Shown here piece by piece: positions 8,788 to 20,734 of a stretch of 64,000 nt of DNA. Source of the stretch: Opitutus sp. GAS368. Its GTDB lineage: Bacteria > Verrucomicrobiota > Verrucomicrobiia > Opitutales > Opitutaceae. The stretch's first letter is position 1; each line of letters starts with the position of its first letter. The stretch lies in the NCBI GenBank assembly GCA_945861645.1, contig CAMAVZ010000005.1, positions 15,200-79,199 on the forward strand, read 5' to 3'. The notes below the pieces were generated by a model that had not been told where the DNA came from, made no database searches, and saw nothing but the letters and a program-made list of their open reading frames with translations. The translations under genes were made by a program, and so were the position numbers.

Positions 8788-11700
8788 ATGAGTAATCCCC
8801 CTGCTGGTACGCCTCGCTCTTCTTCACCCGCTGCCGCTACGACCAGCACCCCGCCGCGCTACCCCGGGTTTCGAGTCACCTGTAACGGCAACCAGCTCGT
8901 CACCCAGTATGTTGAGACTCGGATCACCGAAGGCGGGGTATTTTACCCCATTACCCCTTCCACCGAAGGCGGGGAAATTTATCAGCAGTCTTTCGCCCAA
9001 GGAGAGCTGAATGTTTGGGGCCAGCAAAAGGTTGCGGCGGAAACGGAAGGCGAGCACGCCGCTCAAGGCGGCGCGACCGCCTACGCGGTGCAAGGCCGCC
9101 GCACCGTAAATTTCACCTCTGGTCAGGGAATCGTCTATGCCATGGAGCAATATTTCCACGCGCCCGGAAAGCTTTCGACGATGGTGCTAGAAGTCGGCGC
9201 CCGCGCCCTCACGAAACACGCGCTCAATGTCCATTGCGGCCACGATGATTTTTACGCCGCCCTGGATGTCGGCTGGACCATGCTTATGGCGAAAGATGCC
9301 CAGCAGGCCGCCGATCAAGCAATTATCCTGCGGAAGGCCAACGAGCTCTCACTCAATCCGGGGATGAACATCCAGGATGGCATGCTGACCACGCACTCGG
9401 AGCGCATGTATTACGCTCCGGAGGCCGATCTCCTGCGCGAGTTCCTCGGCGCTCCCGATGATCAGATCGACTGTCCCACGCCCGCCCAGCGAGAAATTTT
9501 CGGCCCCCGCCGCCGCCGGGTGCCCAAAATGATGGATTTACAAAATCCCATTCTCCTCGGGCCGGTCCAAAATCAAGAGCACCACATGAACGGGGTGGTC
9601 GCGCGCCGAAATAACTTTAACGAATACATTCTCGGCTTCCTCGAACAGTGCTACACCGAATTCGGCCAACTCACCGGCCGCCACTATAGGTTTGTTACTG
9701 AATACAAGACCGCCGATGCCGATACCGTGTTTGTTTCGCTTGGCTGCGCCGCAGAAAATATCGAGGCGGCCTGTGATTATCTCCGCGAACAACGCAACGC
9801 CAAGGTCGGCTCAATCCATATCAACGTCATCCGCCCCTTTCCAGAAGCCGCGGTTATCAATGCTCTACGCGGTAAGAAAAATGTGATTATTCTCGAGCGA
9901 ACCGACGAAGGTCTCGCGGGAGACAATCCGCTCGGCCGCGATATCCGCGTCGCGCTCAGCAAGGCGCACGAGTCTGGAAGTTTTGGCGGCCCGCTGCCCA
10001 GCCTCACGCCGGCCGAGACGCCCCGGCTTTTCCGTGGGGCTTACGGCATCGGTTCGCGCGACTTCCGCCCCGAACACACGCTCGGCGCCTATGAATTCGC
10101 CACCAGCGGGGCCGCGCGCCAAGATGGCCGCACCGCCGCGACCGGCGAATCCTTTTTCGTGCTAGGCGTTAATCATCCCTACGCGGTGATTAGTAAAGAC
10201 ACCCCTTCTTTGCTGCCGGAAGGCGCGATCGCCGTTCGCTTTCATTCCATCGGGGGCTGGGGCATGATCACCACGGGGAAAAATCTTGGTTCTATTATCG
10301 GCGACTTTGGTAGTTTTATTTCTGAACAGCAGCCCACCTATGCCAGTGACGGCACGCTCGAAGATAAGCTCTTCGTCATGGCCAACCCCAAATATGGCTC
10401 CGAGAAAAAGGGGGCGCCGACGAATTACTATCTAACCGTCGCGCCCTCCCAAATTAAAGTTAACTGTGAGCTCAATCACGTTGATGTCGTTCTCTGCTGC
10501 GACCCGAAAGCCTTTACCCACACCAACCCACTGGAAGGCTTAAAAAAGGGCGGCTCCCTCGTTTGGGAATCCAGCGAATCACCCGAAGTTGCCTGGCAAC
10601 GGATCCCGGCTAAATACCGCCAATTTGTGCAGGATCATAAAATCCGCGTGTTCATTCTGCCTGGCTTCAACATCGCGCGCAAAGCGACGAATCAAACGGA
10701 GCTCCAGTTGCGCATGCAGGGCAATTCCTTCTTGGGCGCCTTTTTCCGCGTCTCTCCTTTCTTAAAAACCTTTGGGATTACTGAGGAGCAATTTCATAAA
10801 GTTGTCCGCAAACAATACGAAAAGAAATTTGCGCGCTTTGGCGACGCCGTGGTCGCTTCAAATATGACGGTGATGACGGAGGGCTTTTCCCTCGTGCAAG
10901 AAATTAAGATCGGCCAACGGGAAGATCCTGATCGTTCCTCCATGCGGAATCCGCTGCTCGCTCCGCTCGGTGATCATCAATTTCCGCCGACCGCTGGCTG
11001 CGGCCCCGCTGGTTGTGGTAGCATTCCAATGCCGGCGGCCCAAGCGGCCCGGGCTCCCTTCCAAACGATCGCAAAATTTGATTCCGAATTCCGCGCTGGT
11101 CTCGGTTATCACCAACCCGCCGGGGCGCTCGCCTCCATCGGCGTCATGGGTGCCGGCACGGGCGCGACGCAGTCTAAGTACGTCGCACGGCGCGAAACTC
11201 CCGTCTTTATCGCGGAAAACTGCACTCAGTGTATGGCCTGCATCACCGCATGCCCTGATACCGCCCTACCCAATATGGCGCAGGAAGTGACCACGGTTCT
11301 TAAGACCGCCGTAAATAATTACGTGACGGCGGTCGCTGACCGCCGCGCTTTCGGGCTCGAGATTGTCGGACTCGAACAACGAGCCCGCGGGCGGATGAAT
11401 GAATCGGTCAAGGCTAAGTCAGGGGTGCCATTTAAAACGATCATCAGCGAAGAGGTGACCGCCCTGACCACGATCTCGCCCCAAGCCAAAACGGAATTCA
11501 CCAACATCATCGCGAAACTCCCGCTGGCCTATAATAACGTCCCCGCCATCTTTCGCTCCCTTGAAGCGAAGACCCCCGGCGCAGGCGGTTTATTCTCCAT
11601 CTACGTCTCCGATCTTTGCAAAGGATGCGGCGAATGCGTGCAGGTCTGCGGTGATCACGATGCGTTGCGCATGACCCGCGAAACCGAAGAACTTAATGCC

Positions 11701-13536
11701 GAGCTGACCACCGCCCAAGTCTTCTCCCGCCTATTACCTGATACTCCGCAGAAGTTTTTAGGCCTCTATGATGACAATGACGCCGCTGGTTCCCGTGAGG
11801 CAGCGCTGCGTAATCATCTGATGGTGCGCCGTAATTACGAAGCGCTCGTTTCAGGCGATGGCGCCTGCGCTGGTTGCGGCGAGAAAAGCATTCTCCGCTC
11901 GATTGCTTCGGTCACCGAGGCCTACATGCGGCCGCTCTACCATAAAAAAGCGGATCGGCTCCGCGCCAAAGCCGCGCAATTAGTGCAGGCGGGTACAGAA
12001 AAACTAGCGGCCCTCAAAGCCCGCAGCCAACCAGAGTACGAACTATTCAGGAAAACCTACGCCCATGTGATCATCGGTCTCGGCGGTGAAAACGAAGCTG
12101 ATACCGCTCAGCGAATTGCCCGCTATGAAACCGAACAGGGCGTGATTACTGATGCGCAACTTTTAGGCGGCTTAATCGCCGTGCTCGAACAAGACGCTTT
12201 CAACCATAAAGAGCTCCAATCCGTCGACGGCCGCCGCGCGAACGGCATGTCGGTCATGATGATGGGCGCGAGCACCGGTTGTAATACCGTATACGGATCC
12301 ACCCCACCGGGAAATCCCCATCCGTATCCATGGATGAATTCTCTCTTTCAAGACGGGGCTACGATCTCCTGGCTAATGGCGGAATCGCTCATCGTTGATC
12401 ATGCGCGCCGGTCAGTTTCACCGGAACGCTTAGTGGATGCGCTGCTCAACCGCACGGCTAACGTCGCCACCGAAGCAGATTATTTTACGCTCACCCACCT
12501 TGATGATGCGCTGATGACCGAACAGGAAGTCCGCGAACTACCAAAGGTCTGGGTGGTCGGCGGCGATGGCGCCCTCGGTGATATCGGTTTCCAAAATGTC
12601 TCGAAGGTAATTCTCCAGAACCGGCCTAATGTGAAGATGCTCATGCTCGACACCCAGGTTTACTCCAACACCGGCGGCCAGAACTCCGACTCTTCCACCA
12701 TGTTGGGCGGCTATGATATGAACCAGTTCGGCGTCGCCTCTCAGGGCAAGCTGATCGAAAAGAAAAATGTCGCTGAAGCTTTCACCAGCGGTCACGGCTC
12801 ACCTTTTGTCGCCCAAGTATCGATGGCTAATTCAGCCAAGCTCTTTAAGGCGATTTTGGATGGTCTCGCGTACCGCGGCACCGCCTTCTTCCAAGCCTAC
12901 ACCACGTGCCAACCCGAACACGGCGTAGGCGACAATATGAGCGCCGAGCAGGCGAAGTTAGTCCGCGATGCGCGCGGCATGCCGGAGTTTATCTTCAATC
13001 CCCGGCGCGGCGAATCCTCGCAGGAAGCCTTCGACCTCAAGGGCAACCCGAGTATCGATCGCGACTGGTGGCACACCAAATATGCGAGCACCGGGGAGGA
13101 CTACGTTTTTGGGGTCGCGCACTGGGCGATCACCGAAGGGCGCTTCCGTAAGCATATCAAGCCCATCAAGGAAACTGAGACGGCCGGTCTAATGCTGTTA
13201 GATGAACAGCTCTTTTTTATCACCCAAGATGACGTTATTCATCGCCGCGTCTTTGATGAACAACACCGGAGCTACGTTAAAAACTTTGGCTGCTATATTA
13301 AGTCGGAAGAAGCAGGAAAAATGAAGTTCTATGCCGTCACCCGCCAGATGGTGCTTTTCGGCGTCGAACGCCGCAAAGCGTGGCGGATGCTGCAAAGCAA
13401 GGCGGGCGTGATTAATAAAGATTACATCGCGCAAAAAGCCTTCTTAGCAAAACTTGATAAAGGAGAAATCTCGCTGGCTGACACTAAAGTCCGCCTGCGG
13501 GAACTGATCGCGACCGAATACGCGGCCGTCAAATAA
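8788..13536 (+). CDS. Pyruvate:ferredoxin (flavodoxin) oxidoreductase, long single-chain form
   Basis: YPITPS, EGEHAA, FTSGQG, CTQCMACITACP and CKGCGECVQVC Fe-S motifs, GACAGCGE, GGDG TPP motif, DTQVYSNTGGQ. Confidence 0.92.
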   Translation: MSNPPAGTPRSSSPAAATTSTPPRYPGFRVTCNGNQLVTQYVETRITEGGVFYPITPSTEGGEIYQQSFAQGELNVWGQQKVAAETEGEHAAQGGATAYAVQGRRTVNFTSGQGIVYAMEQYFHAPGKLSTMVLEVGARALTKHALNVHCGHDDFYAALDVGWTMLMAKDAQQAADQAIILRKANELSLNPGMNIQDGMLTTHSERMYYAPEADLLREFLGAPDDQIDCPTPAQREIFGPRRRRVPKMMDLQNPILLGPVQNQEHHMNGVVARRNNFNEYILGFLEQCYTEFGQLTGRHYRFVTEYKTADADTVFVSLGCAAENIEAACDYLREQRNAKVGSIHINVIRPFPEAAVINALRGKKNVIILERTDEGLAGDNPLGRDIRVALSKAHESGSFGGPLPSLTPAETPRLFRGAYGIGSRDFRPEHTLGAYEFATSGAARQDGRTAATGESFFVLGVNHPYAVISKDTPSLLPEGAIAVRFHSIGGWGMITTGKNLGSIIGDFGSFISEQQPTYASDGTLEDKLFVMANPKYGSEKKGAPTNYYLTVAPSQIKVNCELNHVDVVLCCDPKAFTHTNPLEGLKKGGSLVWESSESPEVAWQRIPAKYRQFVQDHKIRVFILPGFNIARKATNQTELQLRMQGNSFLGAFFRVSPFLKTFGITEEQFHKVVRKQYEKKFARFGDAVVASNMTVMTEGFSLVQEIKIGQREDPDRSSMRNPLLAPLGDHQFPPTAGCGPAGCGSIPMPAAQAARAPFQTIAKFDSEFRAGLGYHQPAGALASIGVMGAGTGATQSKYVARRETPVFIAENCTQCMACITACPDTALPNMAQEVTTVLKTAVNNYVTAVADRRAFGLEIVGLEQRARGRMNESVKAKSGVPFKTIISEEVTALTTISPQAKTEFTNIIAKLPLAYNNVPAIFRSLEAKTPGAGGLFSIYVSDLCKGCGECVQVCGDHDALRMTRETEELNAELTTAQVFSRLLPDTPQKFLGLYDDNDAAGSREAALRNHLMVRRNYEALVSGDGACAGCGEKSILRSIASVTEAYMRPLYHKKADRLRAKAAQLVQAGTEKLAALKARSQPEYELFRKTYAHVIIGLGGENEADTAQRIARYETEQGVITDAQLLGGLIAVLEQDAFNHKELQSVDGRRANGMSVMMMGASTGCNTVYGSTPPGNPHPYPWMNSLFQDGATISWLMAESLIVDHARRSVSPERLVDALLNRTANVATEADYFTLTHLDDALMTEQEVRELPKVWVVGGDGALGDIGFQNVSKVILQNRPNVKMLMLDTQVYSNTGGQNSDSSTMLGGYDMNQFGVASQGKLIEKKNVAEAFTSGHGSPFVAQVSMANSAKLFKAILDGLAYRGTAFFQAYTTCQPEHGVGDNMSAEQAKLVRDARGMPEFIFNPRRGESSQEAFDLKGNPSIDRDWWHTKYASTGEDYVFGVAHWAITEGRFRKHIKPIKETETAGLMLLDEQLFFITQDDVIHRRVFDEQHRSYVKNFGCYIKSEEAGKMKFYAVTRQMVLFGVERRKAWRMLQSKAGVINKDYIAQKAFLAKLDKGEISLADTKVRLRELIATEYAAVK

Positions 13537-13572
13537 GCGCGATGGGGCGTTCATCACGTCTGTGATCATGCG

Positions 13573-13606
13573 ACGTTGGGCTTGGGCTTAGCCCCGAGCT
13601 CAACGT
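13573..13606 (+). terminator. Stem-loop downstream of PFOR (terminator or REP-like)
   Basis: ACGTTGGGCTTGGG...CCCGAGCTCAACGT, 14-bp stem with two G-U pairs; no clean U-tract directly after. Confidence 0.45.
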
Positions 13607-13693
13607 GAGATTGGCTTTCCTTAAAGCGCAGATTTATTCTGCAATAAAAGGACTTCGCATCGCGTGAAATCTTCCCCCTACTGGCCAGATTAA

Positions 13694-15751
<2,058 letters not shown>

Positions 15752-15803
15752 ACTTGGTTGGGCTCCGTAATCTCGCTGGTTCGACCTTATAGATTTTTTT
15801 GCT

Positions 15804-16340
15804 GTGCAACGCCACCTGATTAATCCCGGGCTAGAATTACGGCAACTTCAACTGACCGAGACAGCAGCGTTATTTGCTTTAGTTAACACCAACCGCAGCG
15901 CGTTGCGCGAGTGGTTGCCCTGGGTTGACGCCACCAACCGGCTGGAAGATTCGCAGAAGTATATTAAGGGCACGCTGCGGGATTTTAAAGAATCCCGCGC
16001 TTTCACTTGTGGCATTTGGTCCATGGGCACCCTGGTCGGGGTGATCGGCCACAACCGGATCGACTGGGCGAATCGCATTGGCTTTCCCGCTTACTGGATT
16101 GTCCCCAGTAGCCAAGGGCAGGGGATCATGACGGCCTGCTGCCGCGCAGTGATTGACCATGCTTTTCGAGAGTTAAAGGTCAGTCGCGTCATCGTCGCCG
16201 TTGCCACGAGCAATTTGCGGGCGCAGAAAATCCCCGAGCGCTTGGGCTTCACTAAAATAAGCACGCTTAAGCAAGCGGAGTGGCTGTATGATCACCATGT
16301 GGATCATTACATTTACAGCCTAGCTGCGCCAAAACTGTAA
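15804..16340 (+). CDS. GNAT N-acetyltransferase, RimJ/RimL family
   Basis: LREWLPWV, YWIVPSSQGQGIMT, N.RAQKIPERLGF. Confidence 0.88.
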   Translation: MQRHLINPGLELRQLQLTETAALFALVNTNRSALREWLPWVDATNRLEDSQKYIKGTLRDFKESRAFTCGIWSMGTLVGVIGHNRIDWANRIGFPAYWIVPSSQGQGIMTACCRAVIDHAFRELKVSRVIVAVATSNLRAQKIPERLGFTKISTLKQAEWLYDHHVDHYIYSLAAPKL

Positions 16341-16382
16341 GAAGGGGTTTACCCACTTACCATAAAACCAAGGTAGCGCTCG

Positions 16383-18482
16383 TTACTTTGCTTCTGGGCC
16401 CTCGAATACCGGCTTTTCTAGCGCCGGCTTCCCGCCGATATAACGGCTGAGCCAGCTCTGCATTTCCCAGTGCCAGTAAATCGCATTCTGCGGTGAGAGC
16501 ACCCAATGATTTTCATTGGGGAAAATAACGAGCCGTGACGGCACGCTCATCGCCTGCAGCACTCCATAGAGCTCGAGGCCGTTACCATAGGGGACGCGAT
16601 AATCTAATTCGCCATGCAGAACCAGGGTGGGCGTCTTGAAGTTTTTGGCGTAGAACATGGGATTCGCTTTCTGCAGACCCTCGACATTGGCCCAAGGCTT
16701 ACCGCCCATTACCTCGGGGAAGCCGTGCGGCACATCGCTGGCATATTGCGCGTAAGAACTATTCACCCCCGCGTGATCGATGATGGCCTTGAATCGATCC
16801 GTATGCCCGAGCACCCACGCCGCCATATAACCACCGTAGCTCGCCCCCGCCGCCGCCAGCCGCGTAGCATCAAGATTGGGTAACTTCTTTAAGAGGAAGT
16901 CTGTGCTTTTCATAATATCCTCAAAAGGCATTTCGCCCCACTGGTTGAGTATGCTTCTCGAGAATTTTTCCGAAAAACCTGTCGAGCCATGACGGTTAAC
17001 CCAAGTGACCACGTAACCAGGCGCCGCGAAAACATGCGTATTCCAACGGTAGCTCCAACTGTCGCGACCCATCGTGTGGGGGCCACCATGCATCAACTGG
17101 AGCAGCGGGTAAGTTTTCTTGGCGTCGTAGCCCGGAGGGTAAACTAACCAACCCTGGATTTGCTCCGCATTCGCGCCAGTAAACCAGTAACTTTCGACCC
17201 GACCAAGGTCGAGCTGAGCAACCACCGCATCATTAAAATGGGTGAGTTGCCGCGCCTGCCCCGTGGCTGGATCGAGCGTAAAAAGTTCAGCTGGACGACC
17301 CGTATTGTCATTCAGAAATACCAAGGTGCCGGCTTTAGTATCAACCGCCGTGGACGTACCAGCGGAATAGACTGGGGTTAGGCCCGTTCCGTCAGCGTTC
17401 ATCCGGAAAATGGGCAAAACTCCTTTTTCTTCCGCCGTGATCCAGAGCGTTTGCCCATCGGTAGAAAAATTGGCGCTCTCAATGCCGTAGTCTAAGGCCT
17501 CCGTCAGCGGAGTGCTTTTACCGGTCGCTAGCGTGTACCGCCAGAGTTTAGAAAATTCGCCGCTGTAATAAGGGGTTTCTTGCCGGCCGAAAATGAGCGA
17601 CTGACCATCCGGGGAAAAAATTGCGTTACTATCATCCGCTTTATTTTCTGGCGTTAAGTTCTGCATCTCGCCCGAGCCAGCGACGGTTAACAAATAAATA
17701 TCATGGTTAGGGAAAGCCTGATAAGGGGGCGGGGTCGTATTAATCGTCAGCGCGATACTTTTCCCATCAGGGGAAAGATCGTAGCCGATTTCGCCACTCA
17801 CTGTAAAAAGACGGCTCCAATGAGGAGTGAGATCCTGCACGGCCTTCGTGGTGAGATCTACCCGGACCAGCCGGTTAGCTAAATTATCAGTGAGGTAGTG
17901 ATCAAAATAGCGGTATTGGCGATTTTCCGTAACTTTCGCGGTCATCTTGGAATCTTTCCGCCGCTTAATTTCCTTCTTCATCGCGGCTAAATCAGTGCCG
18001 GCCAAAGTACCGGCCAGCTCCGGAATTACTGTCGTCGCCACAATGATACTTTGCCCATCGGGCAGCCACTGAGGGCCGGAGACACCAAAGGGCAGCTCAA
18101 GGATTTTCTCGGGTTCGCCACCATCCATCCGCAATACATAGAGCGAGGCATTCTCATCCTCACCCCGTTTGGAAATAAAAGCGATCCGCTGTCCATCCGG
18201 ACTCCACGTTGGGGCGCTATCACTCGCCGCCACCGTCGTCAGGCGGCGCACCGCGCCTCCCGCAACCGGCACTAACCATAAACTTGCGGTGCTCTTATTT
18301 TTTTCAATCGACCAGTCGGTCACACTTAAAACGACCACCTGCCCATCAGGAGAAAGCGCAGGGGCGCCCAGCCGCTTCATTGCCCATAAATCTTGCGGAG
18401 TGATTGGGCGTAAATCGGCGGCGTAAGCTTGCGCTGCCATTACCGCCGTGAGGATTAAAGCGATCGCACGAAATAATTTCAT
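16383..18482 (-). CDS. S9 family peptidase (dipeptidyl/acylaminoacyl peptidase) with signal peptide and PD40 propeller
   Basis: Repeated SPDG motifs, HGGP, GASYGG nucleophile, HGELDYRVP, ENHW. Confidence 0.92.
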   Translation of the reverse strand: MKLFRAIALILTAVMAAQAYAADLRPITPQDLWAMKRLGAPALSPDGQVVVLSVTDWSIEKNKSTASLWLVPVAGGAVRRLTTVAASDSAPTWSPDGQRIAFISKRGEDENASLYVLRMDGGEPEKILELPFGVSGPQWLPDGQSIIVATTVIPELAGTLAGTDLAAMKKEIKRRKDSKMTAKVTENRQYRYFDHYLTDNLANRLVRVDLTTKAVQDLTPHWSRLFTVSGEIGYDLSPDGKSIALTINTTPPPYQAFPNHDIYLLTVAGSGEMQNLTPENKADDSNAIFSPDGQSLIFGRQETPYYSGEFSKLWRYTLATGKSTPLTEALDYGIESANFSTDGQTLWITAEEKGVLPIFRMNADGTGLTPVYSAGTSTAVDTKAGTLVFLNDNTGRPAELFTLDPATGQARQLTHFNDAVVAQLDLGRVESYWFTGANAEQIQGWLVYPPGYDAKKTYPLLQLMHGGPHTMGRDSWSYRWNTHVFAAPGYVVTWVNRHGSTGFSEKFSRSILNQWGEMPFEDIMKSTDFLLKKLPNLDATRLAAAGASYGGYMAAWVLGHTDRFKAIIDHAGVNSSYAQYASDVPHGFPEVMGGKPWANVEGLQKANPMFYAKNFKTPTLVLHGELDYRVPYGNGLELYGVLQAMSVPSRLVIFPNENHWVLSPQNAIYWHWEMQSWLSRYIGGKPALEKPVFEGPEAK

Positions 18483-18573
18483 AAACCAGTAGGAATAGCA
18501 GGCCCTCGCTCTTAGTCAAAGACGGAGGAGGGAGGAAATACCACCCGGCTAAAATTACTTTTTAAAATACCAG

Positions 18574-19311
18574 CTAACGTGATTCGGTCCATTCTGCCGA
18601 GGTGTATTGCTCCGTAAGGCCAGTCACTTCGTCTTCCTGCCACTCCGGCCAAGGCGTAGGCTGCGCGGTTGTGCCAAGGGCTAACGCTATACCGGTGGTA
18701 AATTTTTCCGAAAATAAATCCCAATCGATCGGGCCCAGGCTCCCTTTTTCAATTGAGCCCTGAAAGAGCAAGCCGTGCTTATTGCGTTTCTGCGCCGCGC
18801 CGGCAATTTTTACTCCACGATTTGCTTGGACGACGTCGTAAAGTTCCGCGCGCTGGAAACATACGCCTGGGCGCGCTGAATCGACCGAGGATTGCGCCAC
18901 AGGCTCCTTCGCTTGATCATTTAGGCTGGCGCACTGCTGGTTCACCTCCGCGGACTGCCCTAATGCAACCAAGGCGGCCGCTAAACATTCATGCACGATG
19001 CGGTACGATTGCGCGGCCCGAGCGTCGTAAAGTTCATGTCCACGTGGGATCACCAACGCGTAAGTCCAATCCGTGCGATGATCAACGATGCCGCCGCCGG
19101 TCGGCCGGCGACAAAGGTCGAAACTTTCCGCCGGAGGTAAGTGGGTGCGAACGAAATCTATTTTTTGGCTATAGCCAAAAGTGTAAGCGGACCCTCGCCA
19201 TTCATAATGCCGAAAGCGCGGCACGCTGCCGGTGGGGTAGCGCTGCAATAACATAAAATCGCTGGCCATATTTTCCGCAGCACCAGCGGTACGAACAGGA
19301 AGAAGATGCAC
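18574..19311 (-). CDS. Lipoate-protein ligase A / octanoyltransferase family protein
   Basis: ENMASD, RRPTGGGIVDH, CF..., KIAGAAQKR, LFQGS. Confidence 0.85.
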   Translation of the reverse strand: MHLLPVRTAGAAENMASDFMLLQRYPTGSVPRFRHYEWRGSAYTFGYSQKIDFVRTHLPPAESFDLCRRPTGGGIVDHRTDWTYALVIPRGHELYDARAAQSYRIVHECLAAALVALGQSAEVNQQCASLNDQAKEPVAQSSVDSARPGVCFQRAELYDVVQANRGVKIAGAAQKRNKHGLLFQGSIEKGSLGPIDWDLFSEKFTTGIALALGTTAQPTPWPEWQEDEVTGLTEQYTSAEWTESR

Positions 19312-19333
19312 GCCGGTTAGATTTACGGCTATT

Positions 19334-19884
19334 TCAGCAAGGCCAAATGAATTTTACCTCTCGGCCTGGGGAATGCATGGTTAAACTCCTCCGGTGGAAA
19401 CGGCGTAGGCCTGCGCGCGCCGGATCGCTGATGGTGAGCGCAACGTAGCGCCCCGCCGGCATGAGTGCTGCGCGCTGATCGACCGCGCTGGCCTCCACAT
19501 GATTGGCCGTCCGAATAATAATTTTCCCGCCCTCCGGCATGATTTTTTTGCATGCGCACAAAGCTTTAATAAGGCCTGTTGAAATTGCGTCGGGGTGATT
19601 CGCGTTTGCCCTAAATCGGAGGCCAAGCGCAGCTCCAGCAAAACTTTGTTACCGGCTACTTGCCGAAGAATGGGGGCGAGGGAGCGTAGGAGGGAATTAA
19701 GGTTAACCGCCTCCCAGACGTTGGCTGAATCGCAAGCACCCGCGGGGGGATGGGACCTAGCGAGGCATAATTAAGACGCGGGCCTGGCAATCATAGCTAA
19801 AACCAACTGCCTCACCGCGGTCAGGTGGGCTTTATTCGCCGTCCGCGCTAACCGAAATAAATTTCGCAACTCAGGCAAGGCCAT
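19334..19884 (-). pseudogene. Degenerate sensor histidine kinase (HATPase_c) fragment
   Basis: VNLNSLLRSLAPILRQVAGNKVLLELRLASDLGQTRITPTQFQQALLKLCAHAKK continues in another frame as IMPEGGKIIIRTAN...GRYVALTISD; frameshift at an A7 run (19543-19549); upstream in-frame TAA; G-boxes lost. Confidence 0.72.
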
Positions 19885-19954
19885 GGCCAATCATGGTGGG
19901 TCAGCACTCCACGCTGTCAAAATTAACCGGGACCTGCAGGCTAGAGTTTCTTCT

Positions 19955-20734
19955 ATGCTCCCCGTCCCTGAAATTCCCCTTTGGGCTTATCCGGCCCTCT
20001 TCGCCACCGGCTTAGTTGCGGGTACCGTTGATGCAATCGCCGGCGGCGGCGGCCTCATTGCTTTACCGGCCTTACTCGGACTGGGGATCCCAGCCCCTCT
20101 CGCGCTCGCGACCTCCAAGTTGCAGGGAACTTTTGGGTCAGCTTCGGCGGCCTGGAGTTTTGTCCGTCGCGGGGTGGTGAACCTCCGCGAGTGCCGACTG
20201 GGGTTTGCCCTGACCGCTCTCGGCGGCTTGGTCGGGGCTGGCGCGATGCGACTGCTTGATCCCTATTTTCTTAGTGCCCTGATCCCTTGGTTGCTGGGAG
20301 CCATCGTTATTTATATGATTTTTCGGCCGCAGCTTGGAGAAAATAGCCGGCATCACCGCATGGCGGCGCTCACTTTCTATTTAATCTTTGGCTTGGGTTT
20401 AGGCTTTTATGATGGGTTTTTCGGACCTGGCGTGGGCTCTTTTTGGACCATCGCCTTCGTCACCCTGCTGGGCCATGACTTCGTCCGCGCGGCGGGCCAC
20501 ACCAAGGTGATGAATTTCGCGAGTAATATCTCTGCGCTGATTTATTTTTCCATTGCTGGTACTGTTCTTTGGTTGCCCGGTCTGGCTATGGGCGCGGGCC
20601 AATTAGTCGGCGGTCGCCTCGGGGCGCATTTAGCCATGACTCGGGGCGCGCGTTTTGTCCGACCCCTTTTTCTTTTCATGGCTTCCCTCGTGGCCCTAAA
20701 ACTTCTCTTTACCCATTTTAACCATGGCCGGTAA
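19955..20734 (+). CDS. TSUP family (TauE/SafE) transporter
   Basis: AGTVDAIAGGGGLI, GFYDGFFGPGVGSF, KVMNFASN, GGRLGA; start estimated. Confidence 0.9.
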   Translation: MLPVPEIPLWAYPALFATGLVAGTVDAIAGGGGLIALPALLGLGIPAPLALATSKLQGTFGSASAAWSFVRRGVVNLRECRLGFALTALGGLVGAGAMRLLDPYFLSALIPWLLGAIVIYMIFRPQLGENSRHHRMAALTFYLIFGLGLGFYDGFFGPGVGSFWTIAFVTLLGHDFVRAAGHTKVMNFASNISALIYFSIAGTVLWLPGLAMGAGQLVGGRLGAHLAMTRGARFVRPLFLFMASLVALKLLFTHFNHGR

